DNA from: Candidatus Methanomethylicia archaeon
GTDB lineage: Archaea; Thermoproteota; Methanomethylicia; Culexarchaeales; Culexarchaeaceae
Direction: 5' to 3'
Assembly: GCA_038727515.1 (NCBI GenBank)
Contig: JAVYVS010000001.1
Span: forward strand, 416,001-480,000
DNA length: 64,000 bases
The translations under genes and the position numbers were made by a program. The notes beneath the pieces were generated by a model. That model was not told the DNA's origin. It ran no database searches and saw nothing but the letters and a program-made list of their open reading frames with translations. Shown here in pieces: positions 20,967 through 30,220 of this stretch. The first letter of the stretch is position 1. Each line of letters starts with the position of its first letter.

Positions 20967-21728
20967 ATGTCTATCTATAAAATTGAAATTGAAAATTTAA
21001 ACGCTTGGTTTGGCTCTAAACAAGTTTTAAAGAATATTAACATTAAGATTAAGGATAGAGTTGTAACAGCAATAATTGGACCTTCAGGCTGTGGTAAAAC
21101 GACACTTTTGCGTTGTATAAATAGGATGCATGAGCTTGTTCCAGGAGCCCGCATTTCTGGAAAAGTATTTTTTAATGGTGTAAATATATATAATAATGGG
21201 GTTGACCCGGTTCAAATAAGAAGGAAAATTGGTATGGTTTTCCAGAAGCCCAATCCATTCCCAATGTTATCAATCTATGATAATGTTGCTATAGGCCCAA
21301 AATTGAATGGTATAAATGATAAAAGGACTCTTGACTCAATTGTTAAGCGAAGTTTGATACTTGTTGGATTGTGGGATGAAGTGAAAGATGAATTAAACAA
21401 ACCAGGAACCAGCCTTTCAGGTGGACAACAACAAAGGCTTTGTATAGCTAGGGCATTAGCCATCGAACCGGAGGTTCTGTTGATGGATGAACCAACTTCA
21501 GCTTTAGACCCGATATCAGCATCAAAGATAGAAACTTTGATAAGGAAACTTGCGGAGGATTATACAGTAATTATTGTGACACATAACATACAACAAGCAG
21601 CAAGAGTATCCGATTATATAGCTTTCCTATATCTTGGTGAATTAGTGGAGTATGGAGCAACAAAAGACATTTTTGAAAAACCAAAGAAGAAGTTAACCGA
21701 AGAATATATAACTGGGAAATTTAGTTGA
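20967..21728 (+). CDS. pstB: Phosphate ABC transporter ATPase
   Basis: [37 protein letters not shown]. Confidence 0.97.
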   Translation: MSIYKIEIENLNAWFGSKQVLKNINIKIKDRVVTAIIGPSGCGKTTLLRCINRMHELVPGARISGKVFFNGVNIYNNGVDPVQIRRKIGMVFQKPNPFPMLSIYDNVAIGPKLNGINDKRTLDSIVKRSLILVGLWDEVKDELNKPGTSLSGGQQQRLCIARALAIEPEVLLMDEPTSALDPISASKIETLIRKLAEDYTVIIVTHNIQQAARVSDYIAFLYLGELVEYGATKDIFEKPKKKLTEEYITGKFS

Positions 21729-21729
21729 G

Positions 21730-22383
21730 GTGAAATTTATTATTAGAATAATAGATTTAAAGTTAAGAGAAATTTCAGCAGTAATCCATAAGATGGGTGA
21801 TTTAGCATATCAAGCAATATCAATAGCTATTAAAGAAAACTTTTACAATGGAAACTCATATCATAAAATCAAGGAAATATCTGATATATTGCTCACATTA
21901 AATGATCAAATTGAGGATAAAGCTTTTGAGATTATTGCAAGGTTTCAACCAGTAGCCTCAGATTTACGTACAATAAAATCATACATGAAAATATCATATG
22001 ATTTTACTCGTCTTGGGAGATATGCTCTAGATATATCCTATGTTAATAAACACTTTGGAGGATTAAAAGGATGCAATGGATGGATATTCTCATATGCTAT
22101 GGAAATGAGTGAAAAAGTTTTAAACACAATAAAGATAAGCATAGAAGCATTAAAAAAACAGAATATAGAAATTGCTAAAAGCATATCAGAAATAGAGAAA
22201 GATATCGATAAAATCTACTTCGAATTCCTAGACAAAATAATTGAAGAAAAGAATGTTGAAAGTAGAATTATTGTTTCAAGCATACTTACAATAAGACATC
22301 TTGAAAGAATAGCTGATCATGCAACATACATCTGTGAATCAATAATATACGCATTAACTGGAGTAAAAGAATTTCTAAGATAA
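21730..22383 (+). CDS. phoU: Phosphate transport regulator PhoU
   Basis: QPVASDLR, LERIADHATYICE; last gene of pst operon. Confidence 0.92.
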   Translation: MKFIIRIIDLKLREISAVIHKMGDLAYQAISIAIKENFYNGNSYHKIKEISDILLTLNDQIEDKAFEIIARFQPVASDLRTIKSYMKISYDFTRLGRYALDISYVNKHFGGLKGCNGWIFSYAMEMSEKVLNTIKISIEALKKQNIEIAKSISEIEKDIDKIYFEFLDKIIEEKNVESRIIVSSILTIRHLERIADHATYICESIIYALTGVKEFLR

Positions 22384-22524
22384 TAAATAAAATATTTATC
22401 ATTAATATTAAACATATTTCTTTCAGAATAATTTAAGAATTTCAACCATTGTTATTATTTTAAATATTTTAGAAAATTGCAACTATATAATCCTCCTAAA
22501 AGAAGTTTAAACATAAAAAAGGGT

Positions 22525-22710
22525 TTATGATGTTTTTGAAGCTGGTTTGCCGGCTATACCCCAATTACTCTTCTCAATATCATGTAAAATTACAGTTACA
22601 GCTTCTGCTGGCACACCTAAATTTACAAAAACCTCTGTTATCCCTTTAATTATTTTCTCTTTGACTTCAGGGGTTCTACCAGCCCACATGTATACATGGA
22701 CTACAGGCAT
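22525..22710 (-). CDS. 4-oxalocrotonate tautomerase family protein
   Basis: Catalytic Pro-1 (MPVV), GRT..K, NWGIAG, 61 aa. Confidence 0.9.
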   Translation of the reverse strand: MPVVHVYMWAGRTPEVKEKIIKGITEVFVNLGVPAEAVTVILHDIEKSNWGIAGKPASKTS

Positions 22711-22758
22711 CTAAATTCACCTTAAATGATTATCTAATATAAACTATAAAGGGTTTTT

Positions 22759-22814
22759 GGCTCAGCTCTGGTATCACTCTTCACACTTCAGTTTTACCAG
22801 CTATCTTCATCGCC
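22759..22814 (-). ncRNA. Box C/D 2'-O-methylation guide sRNA
   Basis: Minus strand GGCG-AUGAAGA(C)-UAGCUGGUAAAA-CUGA(D')-AGU-GUGAAGA(C')-GUGAUACCAGAG-CUGA(D)-GCC; two 12-nt guides, terminal GGC/GCC stem, GC-richer than flanks. Confidence 0.85.
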
Positions 22815-22870
22815 AAATAAATATTTCTGATAACTAAGATAAATATGTTTATGGAAGTTGATGTTCTGGG

Positions 22871-24175
22871 ATGGTAATAGAAATGTGTGTAAATTTTAGG
22901 AGATACGTTAGTGGAGATGAGAAGGGTATAGTGGATTTATTGAAGATTTGTTTTAGAAGTTTTAATTCTTGGGGTTTAAGTGTTGAAGATTGGCTTGATT
23001 ATTGTGAAGATGATGATGGATTTAAACTGGAAAATGCATTGGTGGCAGAGAATGGTGGTAAAATAGTTGGACATATACAATTGATGCATAGAAAGATTAG
23101 AATTAACAAGAGTATATTAGATTGTGGAGGGATAGCTAATGTATCTACGCATCCAGATTATAGGAGACAGGGGATAGCTACGAAATTATTATCTATGGCC
23201 ATTGAAATATGTAGAGGGAATGGATGGCCGATATCATCATTATTCACTGGATATGGTGGTGAAGGATATAGGGTTTATAGAGCTATGGGTTATGCTGATA
23301 CAACATTTATATGTGAATACATTGGAACTAGGGAGAGGGCTGAAAAGACATTGAAGATTTTACCAGAAGAAGATGTGGAAATTGAAGAAATCAATATGGG
23401 TAATTTAGGGTATGTTATGAAGATGTATGAAGAATGTAGTAGAAGGATTAATGGATCTTGTTATAGATCCATGGATTATTGGGTTAAGAAGATTATAGAG
23501 AAAACATATCATCAAAGCTTCTTTTATGAAGATAAAACTGCGGGAATTAGGATTATGGTTAAGAAAAATGGGAATATTGTTGGATATGCATTAGCATTTA
23601 ATGGTTTAAAGGCTTTAAGAAGTAGATGGTTAAATAAGACGGGTTTAATACTTGAGATTATGGCGAAGAATCCCTTGAATAGAATTATGGTTTTTAGGGA
23701 GATATTGAGTAGATTATTATCAGAGGATGTAAAACTCTTCGTATTAAGGATTCCGAGAAATTATCTTCCTAAAAATGTATTGAAATATTTTGAGGAAATG
23801 AAGGGAGCAATATATATGGATTACATAACTGATCAAAGAAGATTATTTGAAGAATTAAAACCTGAATTGGAAGATAGATTAAAGAATTTCGAAAATGAAA
23901 TTGAAACCGAAATATGTATTAGAACCCCATATGGAAAAACTAAAATGGAGATTGTGGGTGATGAAATTAATTTTTCTGATGATGAAAACGCTGAAAATCA
24001 TATTGAATTCACAAGGGATGGAATTACAAAGTTAATCTATGGGATTAAGAGTTTTAAAGAATTGTTAAAAGAGGATTATATCATTGAGTTTAAGATGAAT
24101 GATTATGTTTTAAGAATGTTTAATGCTATGTTTCCAAAGAAGATGTTTAATATAAGTTCAATTGATGATTGGTAA
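22871..24175 (+). CDS. Eis-like GNAT acetyltransferase
   Basis: GGIANVSTHPDYRRQGIA acetyl-CoA motif, tandem-GNAT length, SCP-like tail. Confidence 0.8.
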   Translation: MVIEMCVNFRRYVSGDEKGIVDLLKICFRSFNSWGLSVEDWLDYCEDDDGFKLENALVAENGGKIVGHIQLMHRKIRINKSILDCGGIANVSTHPDYRRQGIATKLLSMAIEICRGNGWPISSLFTGYGGEGYRVYRAMGYADTTFICEYIGTRERAEKTLKILPEEDVEIEEINMGNLGYVMKMYEECSRRINGSCYRSMDYWVKKIIEKTYHQSFFYEDKTAGIRIMVKKNGNIVGYALAFNGLKALRSRWLNKTGLILEIMAKNPLNRIMVFREILSRLLSEDVKLFVLRIPRNYLPKNVLKYFEEMKGAIYMDYITDQRRLFEELKPELEDRLKNFENEIETEICIRTPYGKTKMEIVGDEINFSDDENAENHIEFTRDGITKLIYGIKSFKELLKEDYIIEFKMNDYVLRMFNAMFPKKMFNISSIDDW

Positions 24176-24880
24176 TTATTCGAGGATCACTGGAATATTT
24201 CCACCCCAAGTTAAACTCATGGAATCAACCAATAAAAAAGTTTTACAAGCATGAATCTTAACACCAGTTTCATAAGCTTCCAATAAAGACTTTGAGAACC
24301 TTTCATCAACAACCCAATTGGGTTTAAAAACTCTAGCTCCAGGATGTGTTATAAGAAAAATTATCATAGCATCATAACCATTCCTTAAAGCATCAATTAA
24401 ACCGTAAACATGTCTTCTACCTCTAATTGTAGGTGCATCTGGAAACATTGCAACACTATCAACCACAAGTGTACAACCCTTAACCTCCAATAAACACTTT
24501 CCACCCATTGAAGATTTCAAAAGGAAATCATACCTACTATCCATAAACTTATACTCCCTCTTAACAATTTCAAAACCATTTAAATCAGGGATAAAACCGG
24601 AATTTAAAATCCAAATGAAAATATCATTGTGAAGAGCAGAATCCACTAAAACCCATCCATCCATGGAGTGGACAGCAAAAAGATAGTAATCAGTTTTATT
24701 AATGTTTAAATGTGGTCTAACGAGAACTTCAACCCCTGGCTTAAGTAATTCATTAAGTCTCCCAGGATCATGTATATGTGCAGAATAAATCACATCATCA
24801 ACATTAATTAGACACTTAAATCTATTTAATCTCTTTAAGAATACTGCCCTATAAATAAATGGATAATTCAATTTCATCAA
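24176..24880 (-). CDS. sfsA: SfsA DNA/RNA nuclease family protein
   Basis: RLNRF, HIHDPGRL, SRYDF, EVKGCTL, FPDAPTIRG. Confidence 0.93.
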   Translation of the reverse strand: MMKLNYPFIYRAVFLKRLNRFKCLINVDDVIYSAHIHDPGRLNELLKPGVEVLVRPHLNINKTDYYLFAVHSMDGWVLVDSALHNDIFIWILNSGFIPDLNGFEIVKREYKFMDSRYDFLLKSSMGGKCLLEVKGCTLVVDSVAMFPDAPTIRGRRHVYGLIDALRNGYDAMIIFLITHPGARVFKPNWVVDERFSKSLLEAYETGVKIHACKTFLLVDSMSLTWGGNIPVILE

Positions 24881-24902
24881 GTAGAATCAACTCTTAATTA
24901 GA

Positions 24903-26330
24903 TTAATAGGTTATGAAGCCGGGTTTTTTAGAAACGAATTTCGGGAAATATCCAATCCTCTTCGGATAGCCCATAGACTCACTATCAAGTTTAGATAGAA
25001 ATTCATTAAGGGAAATCTCATATTGCTCACCAGTCTTCCTATACCTAACATTAACAGTACCCTCAGCTTCTTCTCTATCTCCAACAACCACTATATATGG
25101 AATCCATTCTCTCTCAGCATCCACAATCTTCCTAGAAACAGATCTATCAGTATCATCAATGTCAACTCTAAATCCATGCGAATTCAATTCATCACAAACC
25201 TTAATAGCATAATTAAGATTCCTCTTATCTACAGGTACTACTCTAACCTGTACTGGAGAAATCCAAAATGGAAGCATAGGTTTCTCCATCTTAAGCGCTG
25301 TATCAAAAAGCATGTATATATAACGTTCAATACTCCCAAGTATAGCTGTATGTAAAATTATTGGATTATGCTCTAAACCATCTTCACCCATATACTTTAT
25401 ACCAAATCTCTTAGCATTTCCAATATCTATTTGTACAGTAGCTATCTCCCTAGGCCTCTTAGCAATATCAACAATCATATACTCAACGTTAACAGTCCAA
25501 TAATAATTCAATCCAGTAGCCGGATAAATACAAACCAAAATAGGTTTACCAACATCTTTAGCCAAATCCAATATCAACCCCTTATTCAAAGCATATTCAT
25601 CTGGATTAACAACATTAACTAGAATTTCATAAGTTCTACCAACTTTAGATGCTTCTTCCATAATTTTCCTATGAATCTTCATAAACCAATTCATAGCTTC
25701 ACGAATATCTTTAGTGAAGACATGTAAATCAGGCATGAAAAATCTTCTAAGCCTAAAACATAATTCTACTTCACCACTTTGCTCAAACCTATAGGAATCA
25801 GCTATTTCAAGAGCGCCAAATGGAAGATTCCTATATGAAAAATGCCAATCTTTAATCATAGAAAATTGTTGATGACATGCAGCATACCTCAAAACCAATT
25901 TACCCTTATCACTCTCCACAATGTAAAGTCTATCACCATAAAGTTTTGCATGCTCAGAAACAGCACTTACATTTAAATCAAAGAATGCAGTACCTCTAAC
26001 TTCAACTATAGGTAAATCTAAATCTCTTGCGGCTTTACGAGCAGCCTCAGCAACAAGATCAAATATCAAAGTTGCATATGGGCCAAAACGCATATGACCA
26101 TAATCAGAATTTTCCTCCCATTCAAAACCAAACCTCTTAAGATAACCATGAATTTTAGAAGCTCCTCTACCAACCTCTTCCTTTAAAGCCTCTTTTCTAA
26201 CTATAACCCTAAAATCTTCATTAAATTCTTTAAGAGAAACTTTAAATGGATCAAGCTCTCTACCATCAGGAGTTAAAATCAAATATTTACGGATGCTCAT
26301 AAAATCAACCTTAACATAGAAATAAATCAT
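24903..26330 (-). CDS. thrS: Threonyl-tRNA synthetase, archaeal type, without N-terminal editing domain
   Basis: LRYAAC, SYRFEQSGE, RLRRFFMPDLH, HTAILGSIER, C-terminal anticodon-binding domain; ~465-475 aa. Confidence 0.9.
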   Translation of the reverse strand: MIYFYVKVDFMSIRKYLILTPDGRELDPFKVSLKEFNEDFRVIVRKEALKEEVGRGASKIHGYLKRFGFEWEENSDYGHMRFGPYATLIFDLVAEAARKAARDLDLPIVEVRGTAFFDLNVSAVSEHAKLYGDRLYIVESDKGKLVLRYAACHQQFSMIKDWHFSYRNLPFGALEIADSYRFEQSGEVELCFRLRRFFMPDLHVFTKDIREAMNWFMKIHRKIMEEASKVGRTYEILVNVVNPDEYALNKGLILDLAKDVGKPILVCIYPATGLNYYWTVNVEYMIVDIAKRPREIATVQIDIGNAKRFGIKYMGEDGLEHNPIILHTAILGSIERYIYMLFDTALKMEKPMLPFWISPVQVRVVPVDKRNLNYAIKVCDELNSHGFRVDIDDTDRSVSRKIVDAEREWIPYIVVVGDREEAEGTVNVRYRKTGEQYEISLNEFLSKLDSESMGYPKRIGYFPKFVSKKPGFITY

Positions 26331-26360
26331 TTAAGTAACCTTTAACTTTTACTATGATAA

Positions 26361-27086
26361 GTGGTAAATGTGAGGATTATAGTTGGGGTTAGTGCAGCAT
26401 ACGATTGGACTAGAAATACATATAGTATTAGTGAAGCATATATTAAATCCATTGAAATTGCAGGTGGAACACCAATAATAATACCACCAACATATAATAT
26501 GAGCATTGAAGAGATACTTGATAGAATTGATGCAGTAATATTGAGTGGTGGACCAGACATAGACCCATACCTATATGGAGAAATACCAATACCAAAAATG
26601 GGGCAGATAAATCCATTAAGAGATAAATTTGAAATAGAATTAGCAAGGAAAACTGTGGAGAAGGGGAAACCACTACTAGCGATTTGTAGAGGCATCCAAG
26701 TTTTAAATGTAGCTTTCAATGGAACATTATATCAAGATATAAATACACAAATACCAAATTCCATTAGACATGCATGGCATACGACCACTGGAACAGAAGT
26801 ACCACCCAATTATCCAACACATACAGTAAAATTAAAGAGGGATTCAAAAATCTACAGAATATTCAATAAAGAAGTTTTAAGAGTAAATAGTTTTCATCAT
26901 CAAGCAGTAAAAGATGTTGCTAAAGGTTTTGAAGCTACAGCATGGGCAGATGATGGAGTAATAGAAGCAATAGAATATATTGGAGATAAATTTGTAATTG
27001 GAGTGCAATGGCATCCAGAATGGATGTGGGATAGTGAAATGATAAAAATATTTAAAGCATTAATAGAAGCAGCAAAAACTAAATAA
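26361..27086 (+). CDS. Peptidase C26 / gamma-glutamyl-gamma-aminobutyrate hydrolase family
   Basis: SGGPDIDP, AICRGIQ, VNSFHHQ, GVQWHPE. Confidence 0.9.
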   Translation: MVNVRIIVGVSAAYDWTRNTYSISEAYIKSIEIAGGTPIIIPPTYNMSIEEILDRIDAVILSGGPDIDPYLYGEIPIPKMGQINPLRDKFEIELARKTVEKGKPLLAICRGIQVLNVAFNGTLYQDINTQIPNSIRHAWHTTTGTEVPPNYPTHTVKLKRDSKIYRIFNKEVLRVNSFHHQAVKDVAKGFEATAWADDGVIEAIEYIGDKFVIGVQWHPEWMWDSEMIKIFKALIEAAKTK

Positions 27087-27125
27087 TCAAACCCTCTTTT
27101 TACAAGTTTTTACAAGTGAATTAAA

Positions 27126-27389
27126 ATGTCAAATATATACATATCCATTATAATAGGGGTATTGATAGGATATCTAATTAGTAAAAAAGGCTATTATAAA
27201 AGAAAGGAGATTATTGAAAAGAGTACAACAATAACACTGTTAATACTAGTGTTTATAATAGGCGTTGGAATAGGTGTAGAATCAACCTCCATAAAAATTG
27301 AAGCAATAACCATAATAATAGTAATAACAATTCTAAACATAATTATCCCAATAATAATTGAAGTAATGAAAAGCATATGGAGAAAATAG
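27126..27389 (+). CDS. LysO/DUF340 exporter N-terminal half
   Basis: Three-TM small protein with LVFIIGVGIG, abutting a LysO-like gene. Confidence 0.65.
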   Translation: MSNIYISIIIGVLIGYLISKKGYYKRKEIIEKSTTITLLILVFIIGVGIGVESTSIKIEAITIIIVITILNIIIPIIIEVMKSIWRK

Positions 27390-27390
27390 T

Positions 27391-27972
27391 ATGAGGGCAA
27401 TACACATAATACTAACATTAATAAGCGGTATAGTAATTGGAGTATTAAATCAGAGAATTGGCATATTAATACAAGCATTAGATTCAATACTCTTCATATT
27501 AATATTGCAAATAGGGATAGAAGTTGGATTAAAGTATAAAGATATAATGCGATCAATTAAGAAATTAAAGAATCAATTACATCTACCAATAATAACAATA
27601 ATCTCATCAATAATAGCAGGAATAATATCTTCAAAAATACTAAACATAGACACTAGAATTGTATTGGCAATATCACTTGGAATGGGATGGTATAGTTTTA
27701 CAGGAGCATACCTAACATTAAAATTAAATCCATATTATGGAGCTATAGCATTTGCAAGTAATATGCTTAGAGAGGCAGCAACCATCATAATAACACCAAT
27801 ACTACCAAGAAAATTCAAAAGAGCTGGAGTAATTATAGGTGGCGCTACAACAATGGATACAACACTACCAATAATTGTAAAAGAATTTGGAGAAGAAGAA
27901 ATGATATTGGCATTATACCATGGTTTAATAATAACATTAATAATACCAATAATTCTATCAACAATAATATAA
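27391..27972 (+). CDS. LysO/DUF340 lysine exporter family
   Basis: GMGWYSFTG, SNMLRE, GGATTMDTTLP. Confidence 0.88.
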   Translation: MRAIHIILTLISGIVIGVLNQRIGILIQALDSILFILILQIGIEVGLKYKDIMRSIKKLKNQLHLPIITIISSIIAGIISSKILNIDTRIVLAISLGMGWYSFTGAYLTLKLNPYYGAIAFASNMLREAATIIITPILPRKFKRAGVIIGGATTMDTTLPIIVKEFGEEEMILALYHGLIITLIIPIILSTII

Positions 27973-28016
27973 AATCATTAAAATATTAAGTGATATAATA
28001 TTATTGGTGATTTCAA

Positions 28017-28997
28017 ATGGTTTTAGTAATAAGTAGGGAAGAAGTAGAGAAGATATTGACAATGGAAGAAACAATAGAAGAAGTGGAAAAAGCCTTCAAA
28101 AACTTATCATTAAAGAAAGTGATAATGCCAATTAGAAGCAATATTCCACTTAAAAAATACAATGGAATCATATACTATATGCCAGCATACATAGAAGAAA
28201 CAGATGCATTAGCAGTCAAAATAGTATCGGTACACTCAGAAAACTATAAATATGGATTACCAACAACACAAGCAACAATACTATTAAATGAAGCAAAAAC
28301 TGGAAGACTATTAGCAATAATGGATGGAGGATATATAACAGCTATGCGAACTGGAGCAGCAAGTGGAGTAGCCACAAAATATCTAGCAAAGAAAAAGGCT
28401 AAAACTGCTGGAATATTTGGTGCAGGAGTACAGGCCAGAACACAATTAATAGCGGTATGCAAAGTTAGACCAATAGAAATAGCATATGTATACGATATAA
28501 GAATGGAGGTAGCTAAGAAGTATGCTGATGAAATGTCTAAAATTCTTGGGATAAATGTGAAAGTTGTAGATGATCCAAAGAAGCTCGTGGAAGAAAGTGA
28601 AGTAATCTGTGCAGCTACAATATCGAAAACACCAATATTCAATGGAGAATGGTTAAAGAATGGAACACATATAAATGGTATAGGTGCACACACTCCAGAT
28701 GCTAGAGAATTAGATACTACCACTATAAAGAGGAGTAAGGTAGTTGTAGATTCCTATGAAGCATGCTTAAAAGAGGCTGGAGAAATAATAATACCATTAA
28801 ATGAGGGGGAAATAACAAAAGAACACATATATGCAGAATTAGGGGAAATAGTGGCTGGAATAAAACCTGGAAGGGAAAGTGATGATGAAATAACATTATT
28901 TAAATCAGTGGGATTAGCAATACAAGATGCAGCAACAGCACTAAGAGTATATCAAAAAGCATTAGAAAGCAATATTGGAAGGGAAATAAAGATATAA
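28017..28997 (+). CDS. Ornithine cyclodeaminase / archaeal alanine dehydrogenase family
   Basis: ITAMRTGAASG, GAGVQA, FKSVGLAIQD. Confidence 0.9.
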   Translation: MVLVISREEVEKILTMEETIEEVEKAFKNLSLKKVIMPIRSNIPLKKYNGIIYYMPAYIEETDALAVKIVSVHSENYKYGLPTTQATILLNEAKTGRLLAIMDGGYITAMRTGAASGVATKYLAKKKAKTAGIFGAGVQARTQLIAVCKVRPIEIAYVYDIRMEVAKKYADEMSKILGINVKVVDDPKKLVEESEVICAATISKTPIFNGEWLKNGTHINGIGAHTPDARELDTTTIKRSKVVVDSYEACLKEAGEIIIPLNEGEITKEHIYAELGEIVAGIKPGRESDDEITLFKSVGLAIQDAATALRVYQKALESNIGREIKI

Positions 28998-29063
28998 TCA
29001 TCAATAAATAAACCACTATTTTTATAATTTAATATTAAACCCAAAAAAGATTAAATGAATTAT

Positions 29064-29927
29064 TTAACCAGCATCTCTCTGCAATATGTTGGCAACAGCA
29101 GAACCAGCTAGAATTAAAAGTTCAAATAGTTTATATGCGGAAAGCATATCTTCACAAACATACTCTACAGTTAATCCATTAATCCTCTTAACATTTGGAG
29201 CTAAAGCTGCAACATCAGCAAAATGACTTGCAAGAAAAGTTACTTCAAATCTCACGGGATGTTTGGGTTTCAAAGGTTTAACTTCACCATTATTAAATTT
29301 ATCCACAGCCTTCTTAACAGCAGATCTCAATTCCAATTCAATTTTAGACATACTTGGACTTTTAGCTGAAACACGACTTAAGGAATTCTTCAAAACCACA
29401 GCTTCAGCCCAAGGTGTAAAAATCTTAACATCATCTTCAATTAATTTAGCTTCACCAGCCACGAGAATTAATGGTATATTAAATTCACCTAAAACATATC
29501 CATTCAATAAGAATTCACTAGCTGGAATTCCATTAACTTTAACTTCCCTGATAGTTCCACCACTATATGTATGGTCAAAAGTGGAAAGTGGAGTACCATA
29601 TTTTGCATGATAACCTAAAAATAATGCTGCATTACAACCTTCAGAACCAGCTATCATACTCAATGGTCTTGGAAATCCTCTAATAATTTCAACATATTCT
29701 GGTATAGATTCCACAAGTAGATTAACCATAGGCCCATGACTATCAGCTACAATAATTTCATCAAATCCACATTTATGGAGTTCATCACAAACAATATTTG
29801 TCACTTTTGTAGCTATATCTCTAGCTTCCTTATACAATGATCCTCTAATACTTAATTGTGCTGGTGTAACTATGTATGGCATACCCTCTAAATCCACAGA
29901 GATAAATGCCTTCAAAATCTTCACCAA
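29064..29927 (-). CDS. dppA: D-aminopeptidase DppA (peptidase M55)
   Basis: ISVDLEG, DSHG, GYHA, HTY motifs; true start probably the TTG before KAFISVD. Confidence 0.9.
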   Translation of the reverse strand: MVKILKAFISVDLEGMPYIVTPAQLSIRGSLYKEARDIATKVTNIVCDELHKCGFDEIIVADSHGPMVNLLVESIPEYVEIIRGFPRPLSMIAGSEGCNAALFLGYHAKYGTPLSTFDHTYSGGTIREVKVNGIPASEFLLNGYVLGEFNIPLILVAGEAKLIEDDVKIFTPWAEAVVLKNSLSRVSAKSPSMSKIELELRSAVKKAVDKFNNGEVKPLKPKHPVRFEVTFLASHFADVAALAPNVKRINGLTVEYVCEDMLSAYKLFELLILAGSAVANILQRDAG

Positions 29928-29961
29928 AAAATTATATGTATAATGTTGTATTAATGGTTAT

Positions 29962-30129
29962 TTATTTAGGTTCAAACATATTGCAATTATGGCTATCTCT
30001 GCCAATCCTCATGAACTTCCATTTTCCATTGAAATTCCCTTTATTACACCTTACAAACAAATTGTTCGGCGATATTTCACTTCTATTTAACTCTGCATAC
30101 TTACAATTTAAACAAGCAATTTCAGGCAT
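29962..30129 (-). CDS. Small 4-Cys protein (55 aa), below ORF-track cutoff
   Basis: GGTG RBS then MPEIACLNCKYAELNRSEISPNNLFVRCNKGNFNGKWKFMRIGRDSHNCNMFEPK*. Confidence 0.65.
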   Translation of the reverse strand: MPEIACLNCKYAELNRSEISPNNLFVRCNKGNFNGKWKFMRIGRDSHNCNMFEPK

Positions 30130-30220
30130 AAAAGCACCTAAACTATAATATTGGATAATAGGATTTATTTAAACTTTCCCATAGAAAGTGATAAATATAT
30201 TAAAATTTATGTTAAAAATA

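Noticed and set aside
27096-27117. TTTTTACAAG tandem duplication
   Set aside because: Two short copies only; likely terminator or slippage, not CRISPR
29906-30148. + strand 80-aa ORF
   Set aside because: Antisense to a better minus-strand Cys-rich ORF with an RBS
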